Positions 1 through 14,165 of a DNA stretch of 64,000 nucleotides are shown here, in pieces. Origin of the DNA: Nageia nagi (lineage: Eukaryota > Plantae > Pinophyta); NCBI GenBank assembly GCA_050084985.1, contig JBITNC010000001.1, positions 160,828,001-160,892,000 of the forward strand, written 5' to 3'. Both the position numbers and the translations under genes were made by a program. The notes beneath the pieces are model-generated. The model was given only the letters and a program-made list of their open reading frames with translations. It was not told where the DNA came from and searched no databases. Every line of letters starts with the position of its first letter. The stretch's first letter is position 1.

Positions 1-1933
1 TTTAACACTTCTAAATGATGTGACTGTGTATTTTGTAGTAAAAATACATCTTACGTTGGAAGGCCTCCTTGAGGTAAGAATTTACCCTTTAACCCCTTTT
101 AAGTTGCACTTAAGGGGTGAATTTTCCTTTTGACCCCATTGAAGACCCCTTGAGGTGCAAATTTAAGAGAACTTGGATTATTAAAGGATATTTTGGCTCA
201 AATTTTGTCATGATCCACCTCAAGACACTCTATGACCTTGAGCACCATTGAGGATTTGAATGGATTATGTTTGAATAATGCTATGGTAATGATAAGTTTG
301 TAATGGGAATATGTGTCATTTGTGACAATTTGATGTTGGCTTCAAGATGATTTGACATAGGTCATCTCGAGATGAAGAATGATCCAAAGACCCTAAGGAC
401 CAAAGGTGTATTGGTGATGGGAATAGAAGGGTAAGAGGAGGAAATGATTGGTGTTGATTCACTGACACACCCTATGACCATTGTAAATCATGTAGTTGCA
501 TGTAGAATAATTGCTATGATTGTCTATTTCTTGATGAAAATATGTTTGCAAAAATGTGTGGATTAATCTTACTTTGTAGAATAAGGTGATCGTTGTAGGT
601 AAAGGTGTGTTTCCCTTATTTTGTGTTTTTGGAAATCCAATATGAAATGGAGGGAAAAAAGAAAAATAAATTTAATGGGGTAAAAGTTGAATATGAGTGC
701 CCATATTATTGCCACATGAGGCAAATAGTAAAAACACTATTAGAAAAATACTAAGGTCTCCTTTTGGTATTACAAGATATTTAATGAGTAGAGAAATAAT
801 GGAGTAATGAACCTACTTAGTTTTGTTTTCTTGTGTTAGGTATGGATAAAAGTTAACACTAATTTTTCAATTAGTTAAAAATGCTCTAGAGTATTTAAGA
901 CCATTTCAATCATTCACAACTTTAAGCAAACCTACCTTAAAAAAATTATTAAAGGTGTGAGAAGATGTTCATTTGAACACACTTGAACCCCTTTGGCTAT
1001 AAATAGGAGGGGTGGAACATTAGAAAAACACCTACCCATATATCTCTATTTCATTTTTGTTATTCTCAAGCTTGGGTGTAGAATGAAAACAAGTCTCTCT
1101 TCACTCTCCAAGACAAGGTTGCATTCTTTTGCATTTCTATAATGCCTAGTTAAAGTAGTCATATTTTGATATATTTAATGAGTTGTGTGAAAGTAATGTT
1201 TGATAAAGGCTCACAAAATTCAAATTTGATAGAATTCTTATACTATTAGAAGAGACATATTGAATATTTTGTTGGTATATTGTCTTTTCTTTTAAATGTA
1301 AAGGAGTATAGTTATTATTATTTAAGTTAATGGTAAGTTTTTGGCATTCTATGAAAAAAACAAAAGTTGTATATGAAAGGCATATGAACATATTTGTTGA
1401 AAAGTCTTATCATGTACTCTTGTTTAGGAAAGGAATAATAGATCATTAATATTCTTTTCAAGTTGTTAGAATTATGTACTAGTTGAATAGATAAGACACT
1501 ATGCACCCCATGCTATTTTTACTCACAAAATTCTATCTTGAGTTTTGCTCTTACCTCACGCCTGTCTTGAATGCTCTACAACAAGATTTCTTACCAGTTG
1601 GAAACTTTGGGTTGGCATAACTAGATGGAGTGGAGAGTAAAATTATATTCCATCCTCATGCTATGCATTTATGTTTGTTTCATTGCCTAAACAAATGTTC
1701 AATTGGGACTATTTTCAAATTATGTTGAGAAAGTCTTTAAGAGTTTGATATTGAATTTTAACATTACACCCCCTTTTTCAAATACTCTTAGATAGATTTC
1801 TACACTTTCATTTAGGGCTCATGTGGTGTCATGGACCAAAGATAGCAAAGGTTTTAGAGTTTGTCTTTATGTGCCCTATCATTGTGTGTATCCTGCTAAT
1901 CATTGCAAACCATAAAAACTTGCTTGCAATACA
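1..1933 (+). mobile_element. LTR-like segment (3' or solo LTR; left end outside window)
   Basis: TATA-like CTATAAATAGG at ~998 and a plausible LTR end ...TTGCTTGCAATACA at 1933. No PBS follows it and no partner LTR is in the window. Confidence 0.4.
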
Positions 1934-2673
1934 TTATTTTCAAATAATTCCTAGATTTATTTGTCTTTGTGGATAGGTGCTCATAATCTCTTATTCGATG
2001 AAAAACCTTTTTAACAACTTGGTGAAGGCTCCCCATTCCTTCCTATTGAGCTCACATAGTAATATATGCTAGATTCTTATGAAATAATGGCTCTCCTTGC
2101 CCCCAACTCCAAAGCCTTTTTCAAAACAAAAACCTTGAGTAAACTTCACCTTTTTATTTTTTTATTGAATTACTTGACAACATTGTCACCCTCTATTACA
2201 TCGACATGTGAAGGATAACTTCAAAACTTAAAAAAAAAATTACAAATAATATGGCATAATGTTACTATGATAAGTATGTAAAAAGGTACATGAACTAAAA
2301 ATTTAATGGATCCATCATCAACATATAAATTGAGTCACTAGATCTATGAAGAATGTTCTTTGTATGGCCAATATCCATTATTTTTTTTCTAATTGCATGC
2401 TATCTATGTGAAGGATAGGTTTAGTCACCTCCACTCTTTTGTGTTGGATGATGAATTTAACTTTTTTAATGGATTTCGCCAACACAACCTTGAAAACCCT
2501 TATGCATAGTCTTTTTCCCTATGAAGAACTTACTATGGTATAGTTAAATATTGATTAAATGATAACCAAAATGGAAAATAAATTTTACATATAAAATATT
2601 TAAGGTGAGTTAAAATTCCCAAATTATTAGTTAAAATTCCCAAATTATTATCTTTCATCACACCCAAAGTAAA

Positions 2674-4853
2674 TGTAATAATATAAGTATGAAATGTCAT
2701 ATGTAGATTAAGTATGAAGTAATTCCTTTAAAGGTACATTAATAAAGTATGATTTATTATTAATATAAAACTTTGATGAAAATTAAAGTTTTGAATTGAA
2801 ATATTTAGTATCAATATCAAGGCATACATGATCACAGTATGAAATTGATATTGTTATTATTTGCAAGATAGTAAACCAAGGAAAAGAGGTAGTTGAAAAA
2901 GGACCCAAAATCCTCCTAAGGTTTATAGAGATAGGAATCATATAATTTCCTTGCATTATGGTAAATTAAGAACAAATGGGTATGTCCTAATCCTCCTCCC
3001 TCCTTGTTCTTGACCCATACACCAAACGTCTACAAAGATGCTCGTTGACCAAAGGTCCATGGAGATGTTCGATGCTTGATACTCATTTTTCACATATCAA
3101 AGGAGTGTTCCACAATGAGACAAAGGAAAAAATACTAAATAACATGTTATACTTCATTTGTATTTCAAGATGATGATGAATTACCAAGTCATTAATAAGA
3201 GACTTGTATTAGCCTTATGATGCATTAATGTCCTTTGTAATAAGTTTATGAAAATTTTGTCATTATCTTAGATGTTGAAAAATGAAGTTATGAGGTGTAT
3301 TCAATCTTATTATAATTGATTATTAACTTAGAAATGATAAATAAGAAATGTTTTGTATTTATCTATTGTTAGTATAATGAATGGTAAATGAAAAGTAGGT
3401 GATTTTGTGTTTGGAAAATGCTAACATTGTGATTTAATGAGTTTTCTTATGAATAACCTTATAATTGTTACATGGTATGATTAATACTTTAATTATATAG
3501 AAGTAGGAATTAATATTTGTTCTTATGAAAATGGTTAATTAGTACTACAAATTATTAGAATTTGATGAAAATAATGTAGAATATATTCCTATAGAAGTAG
3601 GTTATTAATCCTGACAAATCCAAAATTATCCCAACAACTTAGAATCAATCCTAGATTTGTACTAAGGTTATAAATGACAATTCATGACCATTTGGGAAAC
3701 TTTAGGGACTCTTGGGCTCAAAATGGTTACAAATGGGACCTAATGGGATTAAATGGGATCATTTGGGATCCTTTGGGATGAATGCAAGAAAATAGTGGAG
3801 AACCTTCACCAAGTAGACCTACACTGCTAGATGATGAACAAAAGGAATATTCTTTATGTGAGGACCACTTAGTGCCACATTACTTTTATAGCAATAATGG
3901 CTAGACCTTACCTCACAACTCACTATTTTATGTATGCATGAGGACTTTTAAAAAGTAGTTTCATATACACGATACAATGTGTATGGCATAAATGAAATTA
4001 TGTGACTTCTTGAGTAAGCCTATAACCAAGACTTCTGAGGTACACCTCATAGGCAAAGATGAATGGTGTTAAACCCTAAAACTTGTATTGTGCATGGTGT
4101 CTTGTACCCTCTTTGCTATATGTTAACATTAGTTTATGTTTAATAGGTTATGGGTGGTTCTTTTTGTCAACACATTTAATAATAAATTAGACTAAACAAC
4201 CAGTTGAGGATATTGTTTAATATCCATAGCTCTCGAAGTTATGGGCATAGTGATGTCGAACCACATGGTGGGCCTAGCTGATAATTATGGGTATGCTAGT
4301 GACTCATATCCTCCAACAGGTGAGTTAGGTGTGGATAGCAATAAAAAAAACTACTATTATCAAGTGAGCGTAATTAGTAGTCATGCCACTTGCAGTTAGC
4401 AAATAGAGATATGATGATTATTCCATAAGCGATGCCACCCTCTCATAAGGAAGCTTTCCTAGGAAAAGCTACCTACTCCTATGAGATGGAGAGTTATCAT
4501 CAAGTGATGATGCTAACTTAATGAAAATGCAATCTCTCAGGTGGTATGGGCCTCAAGTAGAAAATCACTACATTGTGAACAAAAACCCTATGGCACATGG
4601 GACATGGAATAGGAATGGTGAGGTTACTTTTGAGTCATCTTCTCCATAGGGTGAGTGTTGAGAATTGAACACTAGAAAAGTTTATCAAGGTTGGTTACAT
4701 AGGGTTCTTGATCAATCTTGCCATGTGAGTGCTAAACTAGCTAGCAACGTTATCAAACTGATGTGGGATCGCCTGGTTTATTCCTAGAATATTGAGTGCT
4801 AAGCTAAATAATAAAAAAATTTAGGTATGAAATTTAAGGTTTTGGTTGATACA
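2674..4853 (+). mobile_element. possible degenerate Gypsy-type solo LTR
   Basis: Starts TGTAATA and ends GGTTGATACA, with LTR-like non-coding composition. Flanks GTAAA/AATAA do not form a clean TSD. Confidence 0.25.
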
Positions 4854-5654
4854 AATAATGGATGTGTTATAATTTTTTATGTTCTTTCTATCTTTTGAAT
4901 CTCCATTACCCTAAAGGCATAAAAAATGACTCACCTTATTCCTTTAAAATAATCTCCTTCATTATTTTGGTCAAAATTAGATCCTCAAAATTCAAAATTT
5001 TGTGGTGTGTTATGCATGCAAAACAAAAATAAAATAAATTTTTTTGATACATAGTGATATGCATGATCTATTAGAGTATGATCTAATATCAACATTCACT
5101 CGTAGTTGCATCACTACTTTACATTATAGTGATTAAACTCTCACTAGCTATTCTAGTAGCCATCAGCATACCTACATTGCAATCTAGGTTCTAGAGACAT
5201 TAAATCTAAATGGTGCATAGTATAATTTCAAATTTCCTCATATTTATATTCCCTCACCATAGTTGTGACAATAATAGGAGGCTTGTTGTCCTCTATTCAT
5301 GCTTCATTAGTAAAATGAGGCATGTTGATCGTACTCCCAATTTATATCCATTATTAGTCATCCATGACTTTGGATAGTAACTTATTCTTAGATTTTCATT
5401 GATTGACAAGGAACCAATGGAAACTCCCTATTTCATCAAATAACTTGATTACTATCATCCAAAGTCTTTATTCCAATTGTAGTCTTTGGTTTGAAAGAAC
5501 AATATTTTAAGCTTGATTTGCTTTTTCATCTAGAGTGTTTGATCCAACTATAGTCTCTATGTTAAAATAATAGTTTATGAGATCAATTTTCTATGTGTAA
5601 GATATCACTTTATCTCACTCTAAAACCCACACTAATATCTTTTTAAGTACATAA

Positions 5655-6145
5655 GAATTGTTTGACAAGATACAATTGAATTTCATGGACTAAAGTGAGA
5701 AATAAGATTCATGATGCAAATATAGTTTGATGGATTGCAATGGGAAATAAGATGCATGATGCAAATATAGTTTTATATCAACATTGAAAAATAATATGCA
5801 TGATCCAAATATAGTTTCATGGACTACAATGATGGATGTTAATAAATATGTTGTACCTCTTGATGTTAATATACAATATCCTTTGTATATATATATAATT
5901 TTGAAGCATAGTTTGTAAAAATCTTAATGAAAATTTTAGCATTTTCACATACTATTGTTGAGAATTAGGCATAAATTACAATGGGACTATTTTTTTCTCT
6001 TTCTATTCTATGTGAGAATTTTCTTCTTGAATCTTGTAAATTAAATGCATGATGCAAACATAATTTCATGGATTGCAATGATTGGAGGATATGCAATTCA
6101 TGGTTATAAAAAGGATTCCCTTAAACTCTTTGATTTGATGAAATA
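5655..6145 (+). pseudogene. PLS-class pentatricopeptide repeat (PPR) gene fragments
   Basis: Repeated ATGCATGATGCAAATATAGTTTCATGG-type motifs translate as MHDANIVSW-like. ~6046-6143 reads MHDANIISWIAMIGGYAIHGYKKDSLKLFDLMK, a typical PLS PPR motif. Confidence 0.85.
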
Positions 6146-7784
6146 ATTGAGAACCAACCCTAATAACATAATCTTTGTATGTATTGTACTTACATGTAAT
6201 AATGTAGTTCTAGTGAATAAAGGTTATAAATAGTTTAAAGCCTTATGTACTAAGGTCAATTACTACAAGACTTATGTAGGTATAAGTAAAATAATCTTTA
6301 GTGGGAATGATGTAAAATGGCTGCTTCCAAAAGGATTAACAATTTATTGTAGTAAGAATATGCCCTAAATACCCAATGAACTTCATTTATCTTCCTATAT
6401 TGATCTTCTCATATTACAGCAATACTTGCACTCCTTTATCTCTCTCTCATAATTACATTTTCCTCTCAATCTCTTCATGCTCATAATTTCTTCGCAAGCC
6501 TCTTTTTATTAGATTGAAGAGCCTAAGATTATAAATAAAGTGATATAAAATGTAGTAGATAGAACTTATTATGTATATCTACTATCTATAATTTCCATCA
6601 TCATTTTTGCATGTAATTTTAGCTTATTAGTTATCTCTCCAAAGACAAATAAAATCTCTTTGTAAAATATATAGAAAAAATACATAGGATTGAAAAATAC
6701 ATACAAAGGTTACAAAACACCTTACAACCTTGAAATGGACTATACCAATAGAAGTGTGACATGTTAAAATTAAATGAGACTTAAAAAAAATCAAAAGGAT
6801 TTGAAAAAGATGCAAGCTATCCAACCTCCATAATCCCCCTTGCACCCCTAACAAATCTGACACAGTGCAAATTTTGAGTATGCATGCAAATCTTCTAATT
6901 TAGGGATAAACAAACTGTATTTATCATTTTTAAGTTTATACATATTGCATTTATCTATTTTAGGTTAACCAAACAATGTATATAAAAAATATTGAAAAAA
7001 ACCTAAGTGTTGAAGTTAGAAGCTATCAAAATGGTCTTATAAGGATTTGAACCACATTTATGCTAGAAAATTACAATATTTTTACTAGCATACCATCAAT
7101 TGTAACATAAAACAAACCTAAAAATGTTTATATTTAAAATAAAAAGAGGATTATATGAAGTGGGATTAACTCCTTGCATCAGAAAAGAAAAGTGGACCCC
7201 ACCAATGCCTATTTTTAGTATTTGATGATGTCAGATTTATCATGGTATGAGGGGGTAATTCAAAAGGCTGCTTAGCCTACACCTTTGAAAAAATTGTATC
7301 AACCATATGCTTCCTTCTAGGCCAATTCATGCTAATAATGTACCTACCTTTTCACCTCCCATAAGTTTGGATCCATGTGTGAAAAGAACTTGTATGCCTT
7401 GCTTTATGCTCAGATCATAGTGGGTTTAGATTTGGTCAGGTAAGGTAATGGTCTGTGTTGGTTGAAACTATCCCTACTTGGTCATCATGCTTATTACCAG
7501 TCTACTTCATCTAATGTTTGTGTGAGCTATCCATCCGATGACTATCCCACATGGTGTCCCATGAGCCTACCAACCTGCATGATTGATGTGCTCTATTATG
7601 TATGCTTACAATGGATTGGTAGATTTGCATTATGTGGTAGCCAAATGTGCTTCTTATTTTTTTTCTTCTATACCAACATTCATGTCATTGCTTATGTAAC
7701 AATCCTCATTAGGGTGAAAGCAAGAAGTTTGGTCCACTTAAAGGGGAAGTGGGGAAAATCAGTGAAGTAAAAAACTCATTTTTG

Positions 7785-7876
7785 GAAAAATAAGGATCTT
7801 GATTTAGGTTTAGGATCCCAATAAATATCAATATTTCGATATATTGGGATCGATATTTAAATCTCCTATTTTTCCT
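7785..7876. repeat. nested inverted repeat / hairpin
   Basis: GATCCCAATA...TATTGGGATC inner arms, inside GGAAAAATAAGGA...TCCTATTTTTCC outer arms. Confidence 0.6.
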
Positions 7877-8905
7877 TAGATTTAGGCTTGCAAAAGGTTT
7901 GGTGAGCCAACACTTAGCCTTGGACCTACAAGTATATATTCATGGCAATTTTAATGGGAAATCTCAACTTCAAGCATACATATGATGGAATTTTTGGTAG
8001 AATTTTTTTATAAAATTAAAACCCATTATAGATTAAATATGTAGATTTAAAATATGTAATTCTTTTTACAACTGTATAAGATTTTATATTTTTTAATTAT
8101 TTTTTTAGTAAAAGTGGTCCATATACTTGAAATATGAGGGTATCATATTTTATTAATAAGTTTTTTTTGGGGAGATTTATGAAAAATAAATTATATAGGG
8201 ACAAGATTCATAGAATTATCTATAAGATTAAAAATAATTGAAAAAAGATTAAGTTTAGATCAAATTAAGGTGGACAAACATGAGCAATTTTCGAAACCAC
8301 AAATATACAAGGTAAAAAATTAATAAAAAAATATATTAATTGAAAAATTATGTAAAAATATCCAAGACAAGCTCCAATATATTAAGTATATTTTTCTAAA
8401 AGTATTTTAAAAAATACCTTGATTTTAGTCAAATTATGGTGGATGGACATGCGCCTGGTATGGTCCAAAAATACTTTTTTTTAAAGTGGTTTTTGTTAAT
8501 CCTAATGATTTTTAAATTCTATTATTTGAGTATTGGAAAAAATTATAGATTTGAAAATTAGACTCTGAGCACTACATTTTCACCCTATCGACCACTTATG
8601 ACCTCATTTACATGATTTATGAATATATATTTCATGATAGGTGCCCCAAAGGAACCAAAACCATGGAAGGTACATAAGTAATTACAAACTTGGAAGTAGA
8701 AGTGGGTAGCCAATAACATAGGAAGATGTCACTTAGTATGCAAAGAGGCTTCTACTGCATCATCTCCAACCATTCCTTGAATGGTGGTGATAAATTATGG
8801 TAGGAGAATGATGGTTGGTTTTGATTAGCTAAATGGATTGTTTATGTACTAGACTCTCTTTATTATGGTTTCAACCATCTTACATTTTTTTTTCTTGTTA
8901 TAGAT

Positions 8906-9373
8906 ATGGCTAACAATATTATATCATGTGGAAATAATCCTCAAGAGAATATGATACATGTATATGGTGTTCAAGGAGAGTGGTATGTTAAGCAGAATAA
9001 TAGTAAGCCACACTACATATGTGTTTATGGAGTTTGCCATATGAATGGGGGGTGGAAATGTGGTAATTGCCAAAGATTAAATATACATAGGAGAAAAAAT
9101 CACCCTAAGTTGGGAGATGTTCCAAAGAGACATAATCCAACATCTGATATCCCCTCCTCCACTTCTACTTATTCTACATATCAATATGAGCTTATGAGGA
9201 AAGATTTAAAAAAGGTACTTACCCAACAATATCAAAATAAAGTTTATAAAGAAAAACAAAAATGGTATCAAAAGGAAAATGTGTTGTCCTATGAAAAACT
9301 ATCCAAGAAAGCGAAGAAAACCATCAATGTAGAAATGCAAAAATATAAAGTTGAGGAAAAGAAAATGGATTGA
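8906..9373 (+). CDS. unidentified 155-aa ORF with Cys/His cluster and basic tail; probably transposon-borne exon
   Basis: Longest ORF in the window. Preceded by a pyrimidine tract plus TATAG acceptor; contains CVYGVC..WKCGNC and a Lys-rich C-terminus. No family recognised. Confidence 0.35.
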   Translation: MANNIISCGNNPQENMIHVYGVQGEWYVKQNNSKPHYICVYGVCHMNGGWKCGNCQRLNIHRRKNHPKLGDVPKRHNPTSDIPSSTSTYSTYQYELMRKDLKKVLTQQYQNKVYKEKQKWYQKENVLSYEKLSKKAKKTINVEMQKYKVEEKKMD

Positions 9374-9503
9374 AGCTTTTTATTTGAAAAAGGACTTGAA
9401 AGATTGAGGGCATTTGACTTTGGAGGAGATATTGACTACACATGTGGATGATAATAATATAAGCATGTTTTCTTATTGTATACATGTTTTTAACTATATG
9501 CAT

Positions 9504-10862
9504 GATCCATAAACTCTACTTCAAGATTTATTTTGGATCTTCACACTTTTTTCATATTAGTATTTATGAAAATAAAAATACACACCAAATAAAAAAACAT
9601 ACAAAAATGATGTATACACATAGTTACCCTAGTTTGATCGATGTGGTCTACATATCGCAAATAACAATCCATTATTATAGAGTCCATTTTACAATGTTAT
9701 TGTATGATCCTTCTTACTTCACTCTTTTATTTTTTGAAGCCAAACCACATGATCATTGTAGGATCTCCATTGAATCTTTTTCTTGAATATGACTCTCTTT
9801 TCAACAAAATTTCTTATATTTCCATTTCTTTTATTTTGAGATGATATCTTTAGAACCACTCTTTATTTTTTTTCTTTCCATCATGGTGATTATATCATTC
9901 ACTTCTTTATCTATGGTAATAATATTGTCCATGTGTTTTTCTTCTTCTATTCAAGCTTGAAATACACCTTCAATATTACTCTCATGGTTTTGTTTTTCCA
10001 TGGATTTTACAATAAAATGGAGTTTTCTACATTCTTTTCAATCCTACACTAACTCACTCCCCTTGGGAGGAAATCCACACTAAAGGACTTAACTTTTTCC
10101 ATATTCCATGTTCACTTTTATAACATTAATGGATTACAATTTGGAGTTTATGGTTATATGGTGATAAGATAATATTTGTTATTTTTCCTCCTTTACAGTA
10201 TGCTCTCTCACCCTCACAACAATAATCTCCCTCATTTGTATTCCTGTAGCATTATTTTGGCCTCCTATGGTTATATTCTCCTATCTTTTTGGATTTTGCA
10301 AAACTATTAAAACTATTTCTAGTGACATTTTATCATGACCATAATTCCAAATATCACAAAAATTTATTTAGGTGTTCTTGGATATATTTATCTAAATTGG
10401 TCCAAATTTTACATTTAAACTCCTTATTGGTAGCTCCTAGAATCATCATCAAGTTGGCATCCAACATAGATTTACACCTGGCAACTATCAAAATTGACTT
10501 AATGAACACATAATGATAATTTACCATTTTTTGAGCACCATAACTTTGAATTATTTAATCCAAATGCTTTCAAATTTTAATCACATGTTCACCATAATAC
10601 AAGGTACTAATGATTAAAATTTTAAAGCTATGAATCAACCTAATATGCTTTTGGTGAATCCATAAATAGAGCCTTCCATGCATATTTTGTATTTTTTATA
10701 TTTAACTTCAAATTTTACAAATCCCATAGCTCCATTTTATTTATCATTTGGAGCATTAAAATTGTGAAAGAGAGCTATTTAATATGGAAGAGAATAATAA
10801 AAAAAATTATAAACTTGAAAAATCACCTTTTTTTTAAAGACTTCGAAATCCATTTTAGATCA
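9504..10862 (+). repeat. ~1.36-kb direct repeat, copy 1
   Basis: Colinear with 11290-12682, from GATC(C/T)ATAAAC..CTACTTCAAGATTTATT to GACTTC(G/A)AAATCCATTT(T/C)AGATCA. Confidence 0.9.
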
Positions 10863-11289
10863 CTCGTCCCATTTAATGGGCTTTTGGTCCCACAAAAGCC
10901 TTGGTATCAAAATGATAAGGAAATAATTCCCACACAAATACCAATCTACTTCTTGGATTGGCTCAAATAATATGAATTTGCTTAGCATATCAAGTATATC
11001 ACTTCACATTCTTAACAAAACAATAAGCAAAAGATTTTTTATTCCAACATAGCTTCCTCAATCATCACAACTATTGAGAAAACATGCACTTCTTCCCACC
11101 ATAATTCATGTCAAGATAAATATTGCATTGAAAATATTTTTCAATTGCTAATAAAAATTTATGATGAAAAAAATGAAATTTTACCTCAACCTTTCATGCT
11201 TCCAATTTGTAAATCCACAAAAGCACCCATTTCACTTTTCAAACAAGCTCCATCAGTTCCCAATAATAAAACTCCTATGATACCTACTT

Positions 11290-12682
11290 GATCTATAAAC
11301 CCTACTTCAAGATTTATTATGGATCTCACACTTTATTTATTTTAGTGTTTGTAGAAATAAAAATGCACACCAAATCAATAATACACAAAATGATCTACAC
11401 ACATAGTTACCCTAGTTCGACCAATGTGGTCTACATCCAAAAAATAGAAATCCATTATTTTATATTCCATTTTACAATATCACTTGTATGATCCTTCTTG
11501 TTTCCTCTTCTATTTGTCAAATCCAAATCACATGATCACTGGAGGCACTCCACTGAACCCCTTTCTTGAAGATAACTCTCTTTTCAATCAAAGTCCTTGA
11601 GCATATTTCCACATCTCTTTTTCCAAAATGACATATTTAAAACTACACTTATTCTTTTTTTTTTTCCATGATGACGATTATATCATCTAATTCTTTCTCT
11701 ATGATAATAATCTTGTCCATGTTCCTTTCCTTCTTCTATGAAAGCTTGAAATACATCTCTAATTAGTCTCATATTTTTGTTATTTTCCATGGAGTTTACA
11801 ATAAAATGGAGTCTCCTACATTCTTTTCAATCCTACACTAACTCACTCTCCTTGGGAGAAAATCCATACTAAAGGAATTAACTTTTTCCATACTCCATGT
11901 TCCCTTTTATAACATTAAGGGATTACGAATTTGGAGTTTATGGTTACATGGTGATAAGATAATATTTGTTATTTTTCCTCCTTTACAATATGGTATCTCA
12001 CCCTCATAAAAATAATATCTCTTATTTGTATTCCTATAGCATTATTTTTGCCTCATGTGGTTATATTCTCCTATCTTTTTGGATTTTGCAAAACTATCAA
12101 AACTACTTCTAGTGCCATTTTTTCATGACCATGACTTCATGACCATAATTCCAAATGTCATGAAATTTCATTCAAGTGTTCTTGGATATATTTATCTTAA
12201 TTGGTTAAATTTTCACACTTTAAATCCTTACTAGTAGCTCCTAGCATCGCCATCAAGTTGGCCTCAAATGCATATTTGCACCTGATAGCTGTCATAATTT
12301 TGACTTGTCATGAACGTAGATTGATAATTTACTATTTTGTAAGTGCCATTAATTCCATGTATTTAATCCAAATGCATTCAAATTTTAAACACATGTTCAC
12401 CATAATATTAGGTACTAGTGACTAAAATTTTAAGCTATCAATCAACCTTATATACATATAGTGAATCCATCAATAGAGCCTTCCATGCATATTTTACATT
12501 TTTGATATTTAACTCCAAATTTTGAAAAGCCATAACTTACAAACCATAGGTCCATTTTATTCATCATTTGAAGATTTGGAATTGTTAAAGAGAGCTATTT
12601 AATATGGAATATAATAATCAACAAAATTATAAACTTGAAAAATGATCTTTTTTTAAAAGACTTCAAAATCCATTTCAGATCA
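11290..12682 (+). repeat. ~1.39-kb direct repeat, copy 2
   Basis: Diverged copy of 9504-10862, with long shared blocks such as TTCTTTTCAATCCTACACTAACTCACTC and GGTTATATTCTCCTATCTTTTTGGATTTTGCAAAAC. Confidence 0.9.
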
Positions 12683-12689
12683 ACGCATG

Positions 12690-14072
12690 TGTATTCGTAT
12701 TTTGCAGACCTTGTAGGCACATGATGGAGGAAACTTTTTCAACACTATAGAGAATGAACATGGTTATACCATGGATAAGTTATGCTTATTTTATTATGTA
12801 CAAGGTACTAGGATCATGGAGAACGAGTATGGAAACTCAATGTATAAGGTATACATTTTTATAATGTACATGCATATTTTTTATTGTTTACATATTTTGA
12901 ATTATATGCATGTTGTAGACAATGTAGGCACATGATGTAGGATAAGATGCCAATACCATGGAGAATGAGCATAGCAATATCATGGATAAGGTATGCATGT
13001 GTGAGGTTGTATGCATATTTTTAATTGTATACATGTGTATTTATATTTTGTAAACCATGCAAATACAATATTCAAGAAAATATGTTAATACTATGGAAAA
13101 CGAGCATGGAGGAAAAGATGCTAGGATCATGGAGAATGAGAATGACAACACCATGGATAAGGTATGCATTTTTTTAGTATATTCATTTTTTGTTGTATGC
13201 ATGTTGTAAAAAATGCAAGCATAGGATGCAAGACAAGATGTCAGGAGCATGGATAAGGTATGCATAGTTTTTAGTGTATGCATATGCGAGGTTGTATGCA
13301 TATTTTTAATTGTATACATGTGTATTTTTATTTTGTAAATCATGTAGACACATGATGTAGGAAAAGATGCCAAAACCATGGAGAATGAGCATGACAATGT
13401 CATGTATAAGTTATGCATAGTTTTTAGTGTATACATGTGTGAGGTTATATGCATATTTTTAATTGTATACATGCATATTTATATTTTGTAAACCATGCAA
13501 ATACAAGATGTAGGACAAGATGTTAGGACCATGGAGAATGAGCATAGAGGAAAAGATGTTAGGATCATGGAGAACAAGCATGAAAACACCATGGATAAGG
13601 TATGCATATTTTTTAGTATATAAATATTTTTGTTGTATGCATATTTTTAATTGTATGCATGTTGTAAAAAATGCAAGCACAAGATGCAAGACAAGATGCT
13701 AGGAGCATGGAGAATGAGCATGGAAATACCATGGATAAGGTATGCATATTTTTTAGTGTATGCATATGTGAGGTTGTATGCATATTTTTAATTGTATACA
13801 TGTGTATTTGTATTTTTCAAACCATACAGACACAAGATGGAGGACAAGATGCCACAACCATGGAGAACAAGCATGGTGATGCCATGGATAAGGTATGCAT
13901 GTTTTGAACTGTATGCATATTTTTTTGTTGAATGCATATTTTTTACTATATGAATATTTTGAAATGTATGTTTGTGTATTTGTATTTTACAAACCATGCA
14001 GACACAGGATGGAAGACAAGATGCCAACACCATAGAGAACAAGCTTAACAATATCATGGAGAATGAGGTAGG
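12690..14072 (+). repeat. tandem exon-intron array (about 10 units) encoding a 24-aa acidic repeat
   Basis: Units read TTTTG(C/T)A(G/A)|ACCATG...ATGGATAAG|GTATGC. The nine complete exons are 72,72,108,48,72,108,72,72,75 nt, all multiples of 3. Consensus peptide ~TMQTQDGGQDATTMENEHGDTMDK. Confidence 0.85.
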
Positions 14073-14165
14073 CCTCGATATTCTCCAACATGGGATATTC
14101 TCCATAATTAATTGATATTTTATGGATATATTTGGATTACTCATATGTTATATGATATATTGTAA

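Noticed and set aside
6820-6868. hAT-like terminal motif (CCCCCTTGCACCCCT..AAATCTG)
   Set aside because: No partner end or 8-bp TSD identified.
7710-7790. Left TIR of the proposed MULE
   Set aside because: No convincing reverse-complement partner found after 39 kb; only a short TTCTTGCTTT match near 42082.
13041-14144. Minus-strand repetitive ORFs (MYTIKNMH...)
   Set aside because: Antisense shadows of the tandem array; splice signals and phase support plus-strand micro-exons instead.
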